Part shown: positions 30,878-39,111 of the stretch, in pieces | Layout of the letters: every line of letters starts with the position of its first letter | Numbering within the stretch: the stretch's first letter is position 1 | Origin: Nannocystis bainbridge | GTDB taxonomy: Bacteria; Myxococcota_A; Polyangia; Nannocystales; Nannocystaceae | Direction of reading: 5' to 3' | Length of the DNA stretch: 64,000 nucleotides | Assembly (NCBI RefSeq): GCF_028368995.1 | Contig: NZ_JAQNDL010000003.1 | Location: 224,001-288,000 of the forward strand | Notes under the pieces: generated by a model | Database searches by the model: none | What the model saw: the letters and a program-made list of their open reading frames with translations, nothing else | What the model was told of the DNA's origin: nothing | Position numbers and translations under genes: made by a program

Positions 30878-31069
30878 CGGTCTGGCGCCGACTCGGTCTC
30901 CGTATACGGGCCGGCGGGTCGGCGCGGGGCCCTCGTCGCGCGCCGGCGCGGGGTGCGGCGAACCCGCGGGCGCCGATGCGGAGCCCCCGCGCGGCCTCTG
31001 GCGGGGGGCTACGCTGTTTTCGCGAGCGGGACGGAGGAGCCGGCGGCGCTCACGTATCCTTGTCCCGCC

Positions 31070-34000
31070 GTGATCCCGGGGACAGAGCTGGCGGAGCTGC
31101 TCGACGACGGCCTGCTGGTCGTGTCCCACACCGGCGAGGTGCGCTCCGCCAACCCCGCGGCCGAGCGCATGCTCGGGGCGGAGCGGTCGGCGTTGCTCGG
31201 GCGCGACCTGGCGTCGCTGCTGCCCGGGGCGCCCGAGGGCGCGCTGCACGACGCCTGCGCCGGCGCCCGCGAGTCCAGCCTGCGGGCGACCGACCGCCGC
31301 GGCTTCGGCCTGGCCGTGCGCGTCGTCCCGCGCGCCGCCGACGCGTGGGTGTTCCTGCGCGGCGAGGTCGACCCCACGCCCGCGCCGATCACCAACGCCG
31401 ACGTCGTGCGCACCATCCTCGACCACGCGCCGGTGGTCCTGTTCGCCGTCGACGCCGACGCGACCATCACCCTGAGCGAGGGTCACGGCCTCGCCATGCT
31501 CGGCCGCGCCCCCGGGGCCAACGTCGGCCGCTCGTGCTGGGACGCCTACCACGACGTGCCGTGGATCCTGGACAGCGTCCGCAAGGCCCTCGCCGGCGAG
31601 CCGGTCACGATCGTCGGCGAGCTGCGCGGCCGCGTGTTCGACGTCCACTACGCCCCGGTCCGCGAGGGCGCCGGCGACGTCACCGGCGTGCTCGGCGTGG
31701 CCCTCGACGTCACCGAGCGCGAGCGGGCGATGGAGAAGCTGGCCTCGCAGCGCTCGGTCCTCAAGTACCTGCTCGCCAACGTGCCGCAGGCGATCTTCTG
31801 GAAGGACCGCCAGTGCCGGTTCCTCGGCTGCAACCAGAAGTTCCTCGAGCACACCGGCCTGACCGACGAGCGCCAGCTGCTCGGCAAGACCGACCACGAC
31901 ATCTGGGCCAGCCCCGAGGAGTCCGATTTCTTCCGCCTGATGGACGAGCGGGTCATGTCGAGCGGCGTGCCGATCCTCGACATCGAGGAGCCGCTGCGCC
32001 GCCCCGACGGCCGCCAGACCTTCATCCTCACCAGCAAGGTCCCGCTCCGCGACGACGCCGGCCAGGTCACCGGGCTCCTCGGTATCTACGTCGACATCAC
32101 CGAGCGCAAGCGCATCGAGCTCGAGAGCCAGCGCGCCAAGGAGGCCGCCGACGCGGCGCTGCGAGCCAAGAGCGAGTTCCTCACGGTGATGAGCCACGAG
32201 CTGCGGACCCCGCTCACGCTGATCCTCGGCCCGCTCGAGGCCCTGCTCGCCGACCCGGCCGAGCCGCTCAGCCACGCCGCTCGCGCCTCGCTGTCCCGCA
32301 CGTGGCGTAACGCCGCCCGCCTCGGCCGTCTCGTCGACGACATCCTCGACTATCAAAAGCTCGAGGCCGGCAAGATGAAGGTCGTGTGGGAGCCGGTCGA
32401 CGTCCACGACCTCGTCGAGGACCTCGTCGCCGACGCCGAACCGGCCGCCCGCAGCGCCGGCATCACCCTGCGCCACGACCTCGCGCCCGACGTGCGGACC
32501 GTCCCGCTCGACCCGCGCATGTTCGAGAAGATCGTCCTCAACCTGCTCGGCAACGCCCTCAAGTTCACGCCCGCCGGTGGCACCGTCACCGTCTCGCTCG
32601 AGCGCGCGGACGACGGCCAGCTGCGCCTCGAGGTCGCCGACACCGGCCCCGGCATCGCCCCCGAGGAGCACGAGCGGGTGTTCCAGCGCTTCCAGCAGCT
32701 CGACACCGCGAGCAGCCGCAAGCACGAGGGCCTCGGCCTCGGCCTCGCCATCGTCCGCGAGTTCGCCGAGGCGATGGGCGGCCGCGTGCGCCTGTGCAGC
32801 GAGCTCGGGGACGGCGCCTGCTTCGTCGTCGAGCTGCCGATCGACGCCGACCGCCTGGCCCGGATGGGCCCGCCGCAGACCCGGACCTCGCGCCTCCCGC
32901 TGCCGGTCGAGCCCGCCGCCCTCGAAGCCGTCGAGCCTCCCTCGCCCGCGCCCGGCCGCCCGCGGGTCATCGTCGCCGAGGACAACCCCGACATGCGGGC
33001 CTTCATCGCCGCGGTCCTGCGCCCCGACCACGACATCGTGCTCACCGTCAACGGCGCCGAGGCGCTGGCGGCCGCCCGCGAGCGCCGGCCCGACGTCATC
33101 GTCTCCGACATCATGATGCCGGAGATGGACGGCTACGAGCTCGTCACCCGCCTCAAGCGCGCCCCCGACCTGCGTGACATCCCGGTCATCGTCCTCAGCG
33201 CCAAGGCCAGCCGCGAGGAGACCGTGCGCGGCCTCGAAGTCGGCGCCGACGACTACCTGCCCAAGCCGTTCGCCCCCGCCGAGCTGCGCGCCCGCATCGG
33301 CGCGGCCCTCCGCTTGCACCGCGTCCACCTCGAGATCGTCGCCCAGAAGCAGGAGCTCGAGCAGACCCTGCGGATCCTCGAGGAGACCCAGGACCAACTG
33401 GTACAGTCGAGCAAGATGGCCGCCGTCGGCACCCTCGTGGCCGGCCTGTCGCACGAGCTCAACAATCCGGTCGCTATCATTCGCATGAGCGCGCAGATGC
33501 TGCTGCGCCGCGGCTCGCGCGACCCATTCGTACGCCGCACGCTCGAGCGGATCGAGCGGCACTCGCAGCGCTGCGCCGGCCTGGTCGAGGCGCTGCTGGC
33601 CTACAGTCGCCGCCGCCCGCAGGTCGCCGAGCGCTGCGAGCTCGGCCAGGTGCTCTCGTGGCTGCTGGAGCTCGCCCGCCCCGAGGCCCTGGAGCGAGGG
33701 ATTCGCCTCGTCGCCGAGTTCGTGCCCGAGAAGCTGCCCGCCCTGGTCGTCCACCGCCCCGCGCTCGAGTCCGCGCTGCTGAATGTGATCGGCAACGCCG
33801 CCGACGCCACCGGTCGTGGTGGTATCATCGAGGTCACGGCGCGCGCCGCCACCGGTGACGACGACGTCGAAGGCGCCGAGATCCTCGTCCGCGACAGCGG
33901 CGTCGGCATCGCCCCGCAGGCCCTCCCCCACGTGTTCGAACCGTTTTACACCACCAAAGCCCCGGGCAAGGGCACCGGCCTCGGCCTGCCGATGACGCAG

Positions 34001-34132
34001 AAATTCGTCCAGGCCCACGGCGGCTCGATCCGCGTCGACAGCGAGCTCGGTCGCGGCACCGCGGTCCGGATCTGGCTCCCGCTGGTCCCGTCCGGGCCCT
34101 CCGAGCCGCCCGAAGCCCAGGAGGCCCCGTGA
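31070..34132 (+). CDS. Multi-PAS hybrid sensor: PAS x3 - HisKA/HATPase - REC - HisKA/HATPase
   Basis: MSHELRTPL...DTGPGI...GLGLGL; IVAEDN...SDIMMP...KP; LSHELNNP...DSGVGI...GTGLGL; GTG start at 31070 is inferred. Confidence 0.88.
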   Translation: MIPGTELAELLDDGLLVVSHTGEVRSANPAAERMLGAERSALLGRDLASLLPGAPEGALHDACAGARESSLRATDRRGFGLAVRVVPRAADAWVFLRGEVDPTPAPITNADVVRTILDHAPVVLFAVDADATITLSEGHGLAMLGRAPGANVGRSCWDAYHDVPWILDSVRKALAGEPVTIVGELRGRVFDVHYAPVREGAGDVTGVLGVALDVTERERAMEKLASQRSVLKYLLANVPQAIFWKDRQCRFLGCNQKFLEHTGLTDERQLLGKTDHDIWASPEESDFFRLMDERVMSSGVPILDIEEPLRRPDGRQTFILTSKVPLRDDAGQVTGLLGIYVDITERKRIELESQRAKEAADAALRAKSEFLTVMSHELRTPLTLILGPLEALLADPAEPLSHAARASLSRTWRNAARLGRLVDDILDYQKLEAGKMKVVWEPVDVHDLVEDLVADAEPAARSAGITLRHDLAPDVRTVPLDPRMFEKIVLNLLGNALKFTPAGGTVTVSLERADDGQLRLEVADTGPGIAPEEHERVFQRFQQLDTASSRKHEGLGLGLAIVREFAEAMGGRVRLCSELGDGACFVVELPIDADRLARMGPPQTRTSRLPLPVEPAALEAVEPPSPAPGRPRVIVAEDNPDMRAFIAAVLRPDHDIVLTVNGAEALAAARERRPDVIVSDIMMPEMDGYELVTRLKRAPDLRDIPVIVLSAKASREETVRGLEVGADDYLPKPFAPAELRARIGAALRLHRVHLEIVAQKQELEQTLRILEETQDQLVQSSKMAAVGTLVAGLSHELNNPVAIIRMSAQMLLRRGSRDPFVRRTLERIERHSQRCAGLVEALLAYSRRRPQVAERCELGQVLSWLLELARPEALERGIRLVAEFVPEKLPALVVHRPALESALLNVIGNAADATGRGGIIEVTARAATGDDDVEGAEILVRDSGVGIAPQALPHVFEPFYTTKAPGKGTGLGLPMTQKFVQAHGGSIRVDSELGRGTAVRIWLPLVPSGPSEPPEAQEAP

Positions 34133-34536
34133 CCGCCGTCGACGCCGGCGGCGCCACCGAGGCCTGCGCCATGCCGCGGGTGCTGGTGATCGACGACGAG
34201 CGCGACATGCTCGAGATCCTGCAAGACTTCTTCGAGAGCGAGGGCTACTCGGTGCAGGTCGCCGACAGCGGCGAGCGGGCCATCGAGCTGTGTCGCCGCG
34301 ACAGCTTCGACGTCGCCATCACCGACATGCGCATGCCCGGGATCGACGGCCTCCACACCCTCATCGGCCTGCGCCAGCTCGACCCCCGCCTGCAGGTCAT
34401 CGTCGTCACCGGCTACGCCTCCGACGACACCGAGCAGCGCTGCCGCAACGCCGGCGCCTTCGAGTGCGTACAAAAGCCGGTCGACCTCGACACCCTGCTG
34501 CGCCTCGTCGGCGCCGCCGTCCAGGCCCGCGACTGA
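34129..34536 (+). CDS. Single-domain response regulator
   Basis: VLVIDDE, ITDMRMPG, VTGY, QKPVD; GTGA overlap with the kinase (alternative ATG 34171). Confidence 0.9.
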   Translation: MTAVDAGGATEACAMPRVLVIDDERDMLEILQDFFESEGYSVQVADSGERAIELCRRDSFDVAITDMRMPGIDGLHTLIGLRQLDPRLQVIVVTGYASDDTEQRCRNAGAFECVQKPVDLDTLLRLVGAAVQARD

Positions 34537-34540
34537 GCCC

Positions 34541-34715
34541 CGAGCCCGGCGAATCACCGCCGCCCTGGCCCGCGACCGAGCCCTCCGCGCCCGGCGAATC
34601 ACCGCCGCCCTGGCCCGCGACCGAGCCCTCCCGCGCTCGGCGAATCACCGCCGTCTTCGCGGCCCGGCGACCGAGCCCTCCCGCGCTCGGCGAATCACCG
34701 CCGTCTTCGCGGCCC
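34541..34715. repeat. Four tandem 45-50 bp intergenic repeats with GGCGAATCACCGCC core
   Basis: GGCGAATCACC at 34548, 34593, 34639, 34689 with near-identical linkers. Confidence 0.9.
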
Positions 34716-34806
34716 TGAGCCGCCGCCTGCCCATTCGCAGGTCGTGGCGCGCCCCCTCGCCGCCGGCCCGTGGCGGACGCCGTGGCGAGCGACTATCGTC
34801 GCCCGC

Positions 34807-35640
34807 GTGAGCGACACCGACCTCGCCTATGGGCTCGTGCTCTTGTCGGGCGTCCTGCACGCCACCGTCAACGCGATCCTCAAGGCCGGCAGCGACAAGT
34901 TGGTCGGCCGCGCCCTCATCGACGCCGCCAGCGCCGCGGTCGTCCTGCCCGCCCTCGCCTTCGTCCCGCTGCCCGCGGGCGCGTGGCCCTGGCTGCTCGT
35001 CTCGCTGGTGATTCACCTCGTCTACCTCTATTCGCTGGTGCGCGCCTACGAGGTCAGCGACTTCTCGGCCGCCTATCCGGTGGCCCGCGGCAGCGCCCCG
35101 CTGCTCACTGCGGTGGTCGTCCTCGGCGTGTTCCACGAGCCCGCGCGCCCGCTCGAGCTGGTCGGCATCCTCGCCATCGGCGCCGGCATGCTCGCCATGG
35201 GTTTCGGCCGCCACCTCAGCCGCGCCGCGCTCGGCTGGTCGCTGCTGACCGGCGTGTGCATCGCCGCCTACACCGTCATCGACGCCTCGGGCGTGCGCGC
35301 GGCCCCGTCCGCCGCCAGCTACATCGCCTGGCTGTTCGTCCTCCACGGCACCGTCATCAGCACCGTGTTCGCCGCCATCCGCGGCCGCGGCGTGCTCGCG
35401 GTCGCCCGCGAGCAGTGGCGGCCCGGCGTCGTCGCCGGCGTCCTCAGCATCGGCACCTACGGCCTCGCCCTCGCCGCCTATCGCCTCGGCCCCACCGCCC
35501 CGCTGTCGGCCCTGCGCGAGACCAGCATCCTCGTCGCCACCGTCATCGCCGTCGTCTGGCTCAAAGAGCGCGTGACCCCGCTGCGCGCCGCCGCGGCCGC
35601 CGCGATCGCCCTCGGCGCGGCGCTGATCCTGGCCGCGTGA
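34807..35640 (+). CDS. EamA/DMT family transporter
   Basis: About ten hydrophobic helices; AYPVARGSAP, YTVIDASG, SALRETS; GTG start 7 nt after TATCGT. Confidence 0.9.
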   Translation: MSDTDLAYGLVLLSGVLHATVNAILKAGSDKLVGRALIDAASAAVVLPALAFVPLPAGAWPWLLVSLVIHLVYLYSLVRAYEVSDFSAAYPVARGSAPLLTAVVVLGVFHEPARPLELVGILAIGAGMLAMGFGRHLSRAALGWSLLTGVCIAAYTVIDASGVRAAPSAASYIAWLFVLHGTVISTVFAAIRGRGVLAVAREQWRPGVVAGVLSIGTYGLALAAYRLGPTAPLSALRETSILVATVIAVVWLKERVTPLRAAAAAAIALGAALILAA

Positions 35641-35652
35641 GCGCGCCGCCGA

Positions 35653-35743
35653 TGGCATGTCCTTCGAGACATGCCCCCGAGAACATGCCCCCATGAACAT
35701 GCCCTCGGGGACATGCCCCAGAGCACCTGTCCTCGCAGACATC
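35653..35743. repeat. Tandem array of the 14-bp palindrome (6 units)
   Basis: TGTCCTTCGAGACA TGCCCCCGAGAACA TGCCCCCATGAACA TGCCCTCGGGGACA TGCCCCAGAGCACC TGTCCTCGCAGACA from 35658. Confidence 0.92.
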
Positions 35744-35886
35744 AAGCCGAGCCGCGCTCCGGTCGCGCGAGCACTCCCGCGACGCTCGCCCCGAGCCGTG
35801 CCGTCACAACAAGCTCACGGGACGCGGTGCAATTCGAAGACCGCCCACGGGCGGATGGACGACCTCGATCTGGTTGCGGCATCGAC

Positions 35887-37365
35887 CTATCGCCGACGAC
35901 CCCGCCCGCGCCGCCCCAGCAGCGGCGCCAGCAGCCACCATCCCGACGCTCCCGCCCGGCCCTCCGTCGCGCACGCGCAGCCGCTCTCCGCCATGTCCGT
36001 CCCGGCCGTCGCCGCGTCCTCCACCGCCGTACTCGACGCATCCCCGCTGCTGCTCGCCTCTCCCGAGCTGCCCGCCCCCGTCACCACCTCGCCGCCCGTG
36101 CTCGAGCTCGTCGGCTCCGGCCCGCCGCTGCTGCTCGTGCTCTCCTCCCCGCTGCTGCTGCTGCTCCCCTCTTCCGGCCCATAATCATCCGCCACGTCCC
36201 AGAACCCGTCGTCGTTCACCGGCGGCGGCCCCATCGCCCCGGTCGAGAACGTGAAGCTCCAGCCCGCCAGCGCCTCGCCGTGGATCGTCTGCACCCCGGC
36301 ATCCACGGTCACCACATACACCTCGTCGGCCAGCAGGTCGCTCGTCGGCTTGACGTGGACCACGTGCGAGTCGCTGCCATAGAACAGATCGATCTCGATC
36401 GGCACCTCCACCGCCGCCGAGTCGACCACATGGAACTGACTCGCGCTCAGCGTCGCCTCGTCGAGCCCGCGCGCGAACACCACCGAGATCCACGACTCGA
36501 TCGACGCCGCCGCCGTCGCGTGCCCGCTCGCCCCGTCGGCCGGGAATGTCCAGAGCACCGACCGCGGCAGCGGCTGCTCGTGGATCAGCGCCCAGTTGCT
36601 CTGCCAGTAGCGGCGGGCGATCTCCGCCTCGCTCGGCGGATTGCCCGGGACCGCCGGATCGTCGTCGTGCGCCGCCGCCCACGGGAAATCCGCCTCCGCG
36701 TCCGCCAGCCCCTCCGGATCGGCCGCGATCGCCGACACCGCGTGGATCGCAAACCCGACCAGCCCCACCTTCTGCCCCATGCTCCCGCCGTCGATCGCCT
36801 TGCCCACGATCGACTCGAACAACGGAAGCAGCGCCGCCGTCGGCAGCCACAGCATCGGCACCTCGCCCGGCCCCTTCGCGCCCGCCCACATCACGTCCGA
36901 GTCCTGGTCGAACTCCGCGTGGTCCTTCGCCTCGTAGAACCGCGAGCGCTCGAAGAACATCGCGTCGTACGTCTGGTCGGCGATCCCGTGCGACGTCATC
37001 CCCAGGTAGAACGCCAGGTGCAGCCGCGCCTCGTCCGACCACGGCGGCGCGAAGTTGTCGCCGATCCACCGGCGATATGCCTCCTGCACCGGCTCCCAGT
37101 GCGACGATTCCCCCGCCGCTCGCTCGTCGGTCGTCGCCCCCGGCGTATAGCCCCAGTCGGGGAACATCGTCCCGGTGAACAGCGCCTGCCGCAGCGCCGG
37201 GTCGCCGACCAATGCCCGTAGCGACCCCTCCGGCGGCACCAGCTCCGCCGCGGCCTTCGAGATCCACTGATGCGACACGTTGCCGTTGGCCGTCGCTACC
37301 GCCGGCCGAAGCGCCGCACACACCACCCCGAGAGCGAAGAGCCACGATCGTCGCCGACGCGCCAT
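35887..37365 (-). CDS. Zinc-dependent phospholipase C/GPI-PLD-like domain + Ig-like (Big_5) domain + MYXO-CTERM
   Basis: SHQWI, GTMFPDWGY, SHWEP, SHGIADQTYD; TFPADGA...ISVVFARGLD...WSFTFST; GCACATEG...WWLLAPLLGRRGR tail. Confidence 0.75.
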   Translation of the reverse strand: MARRRRSWLFALGVVCAALRPAVATANGNVSHQWISKAAAELVPPEGSLRALVGDPALRQALFTGTMFPDWGYTPGATTDERAAGESSHWEPVQEAYRRWIGDNFAPPWSDEARLHLAFYLGMTSHGIADQTYDAMFFERSRFYEAKDHAEFDQDSDVMWAGAKGPGEVPMLWLPTAALLPLFESIVGKAIDGGSMGQKVGLVGFAIHAVSAIAADPEGLADAEADFPWAAAHDDDPAVPGNPPSEAEIARRYWQSNWALIHEQPLPRSVLWTFPADGASGHATAAASIESWISVVFARGLDEATLSASQFHVVDSAAVEVPIEIDLFYGSDSHVVHVKPTSDLLADEVYVVTVDAGVQTIHGEALAGWSFTFSTGAMGPPPVNDDGFWDVADDYGPEEGSSSSSGEESTSSSGGPEPTSSSTGGEVVTGAGSSGEASSSGDASSTAVEDAATAGTDMAESGCACATEGRAGASGWWLLAPLLGRRGRGRRR

Positions 37366-37418
37366 GCCCGGAAATTACCCGACCTCGCCCTCGCTCACCA
37401 GCCCTCGCTCGCCGACCT

Positions 37419-38948
37419 TCACTGCCGGGCCGCGGGCGGCGGGTGCTTCTCCTTCGACGAAATCCAGTCGCAGTCGGCCCCATAGAACGTGATCACGGAC
37501 CCATCGCTCCCGGCCGCCGTGCTCTTGATGCTGCCGTCTTCTCGCACCCGCCCGAAGCACATCGCCGCATCGACCGTGAGCGGGTGGACCGCGCCGGCCG
37601 CCAGGTGAATCTTCGGCGCATCCGGCGGCGGCAAGTCGAGCTCGCACGGCAGCACCACCACCTCGATGTCCATCGCGCACGTGTTCTTCAGCTCGGTCTG
37701 GACCGACTCGCCGATCGCCGCCTCCTCGATCGAATCCCCGGTGCGGGCGCACTCCTGCTCCCGACACGGCCGCAGTCGCCCGCCTTCGTGGACGAACCAA
37801 AACCCCATCATGCCGGTCGGGATCCCCATCTGCGGCCCGTGGGCGTACATGGCCCGCACCACCCCTTCTCGCGTCGCCCGCATCCGCAGCGTGATCGTCC
37901 GCTTCTCCTCCGGTCCCAGCGTGAGCGGCCACGAGCCCGGCCCCTCGACCCGCGTCAACCCTTCGAGCTCGACCCAGCCGATCCCGTCGTCGATCTCGCC
38001 CGCCGCCGGTCCGTCATAATCGATCGCCACCTCGAGCACGTCCTCGCTCGTGCGAGCTCGCAGCGCGTGCTTCCACATCCTCCCCGAGAGGTTCGCCGAA
38101 CCGCGTGGTCCCCGGATCCACTCCGATGATTCTGTCGCGTCCGATCCCCCTGCAGCAACCTCCCCCGTTCGTGCCGCCGAGCCCGCCGGATCGGCCTCTC
38201 GCGCCGGCACGCCGGCCATCCTCGCCTCTCTTGGCAATCGCTTGCTCGCCCGCACCTCGCCGCCTTCCGCGACCGTTCCGGCCTCCGCATCCCTACAACC
38301 GCGCAGTGCCAACATTCCCCCCGCGCTCGTCGTAATCAACGTCAGCAGCACCAGCGGCGTCGTGAACGCCGCGCTACTGCGCAGCGACGGCTCCCCGAAC
38401 AGCGGCAGCCACGACCACGAGCGCCACCGCTCCCCTCGCCGCCGCGCCAACCTCTTTTCAAAGCTCTCCTTCGCCACCCGCAGCCGCGCATACACCGTGC
38501 TGAGGTTGACCCCCAGCTCCGCCGCGATCTCCGTCCCGCGCAGCCCCTCGATCTCCGACAGCACGAACACCGCCCAGCGATCCGGGTCCAGCTCGCCCAG
38601 GAACCCCTGCAGCTCCGCCAGCGCCTCCTGCCGCGCAGCCCAGCCCTCCGGGTCCGGCCCCGGCGCTGCCACCTCCGCCTCGTCCAGCACCCCCGGCGCC
38701 CGCACAGCCCGCTCCCGATGCCTCCGGGCGATCTTGCGCGCCACTCCGGCCATCCACTGCCGCAGCGAGAACCGCGGGTCGTACGCCCCGATCCGCCGCA
38801 CCAGCACCTCGAACACGTCCTGCACCGCGTCGTCGAGCCCCGCCTCCGGCACCCCCAGCCCGCGCAACCGCCCGCGCAGGTACGCCTCGTGACGCGCACA
38901 CGCCTCGCTCAGGGACTCACTCGGACGGCTCGGCAGGTTCTCGTTCAT
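37419..38948 (-). CDS. ECF sigma factor with a long C-terminal extension (predicted TM + extracytoplasmic domain)
   Basis: LDDAVQDVF region 2; EIAAELGVNLSTVYARLR region 4; hydrophobic PLVLLTLITTSAGGMLAL followed by about 290 aa. Confidence 0.85.
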   Translation of the reverse strand: MNENLPSRPSESLSEACARHEAYLRGRLRGLGVPEAGLDDAVQDVFEVLVRRIGAYDPRFSLRQWMAGVARKIARRHRERAVRAPGVLDEAEVAAPGPDPEGWAARQEALAELQGFLGELDPDRWAVFVLSEIEGLRGTEIAAELGVNLSTVYARLRVAKESFEKRLARRRGERWRSWSWLPLFGEPSLRSSAAFTTPLVLLTLITTSAGGMLALRGCRDAEAGTVAEGGEVRASKRLPREARMAGVPAREADPAGSAARTGEVAAGGSDATESSEWIRGPRGSANLSGRMWKHALRARTSEDVLEVAIDYDGPAAGEIDDGIGWVELEGLTRVEGPGSWPLTLGPEEKRTITLRMRATREGVVRAMYAHGPQMGIPTGMMGFWFVHEGGRLRPCREQECARTGDSIEEAAIGESVQTELKNTCAMDIEVVVLPCELDLPPPDAPKIHLAAGAVHPLTVDAAMCFGRVREDGSIKSTAAGSDGSVITFYGADCDWISSKEKHPPPAARQ

Positions 38949-39111
38949 GCAGGCTCCTCGCCCCCCTCCTTGCAGGCAGCCCGCCAGGATCGTAACGAAA
39001 AATGCACCCCTCCGCCGCGCACTTTCGCCCCTCAGGCTTCGCATGAAAAATGGCGGCTCCACCGCCCTCCGCGCCCCGGCGACCATCATTCATCAGGCGC
39101 TGACCTCCCAT

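Noticed and set aside
29780-31069. 430-aa N-terminal extension of the hybrid kinase ORF
   Set aside because: It overlaps mscS on the opposite strand and the repeat array; PAS sequence starts near GTG 31070
30824-34018. Very long antisense or alternate-frame ORFs (e.g. 30824-34018 -, 57358-60471 +, 53424-56402 +, 18155-20554 +)
   Set aside because: Shadow ORFs typical of high-GC DNA; they overlap well-supported genes and have no motifs
34541-34715. Possible CRISPR array
   Set aside because: The intervening segments are near-identical rather than unique spacers, and there are no cas genes
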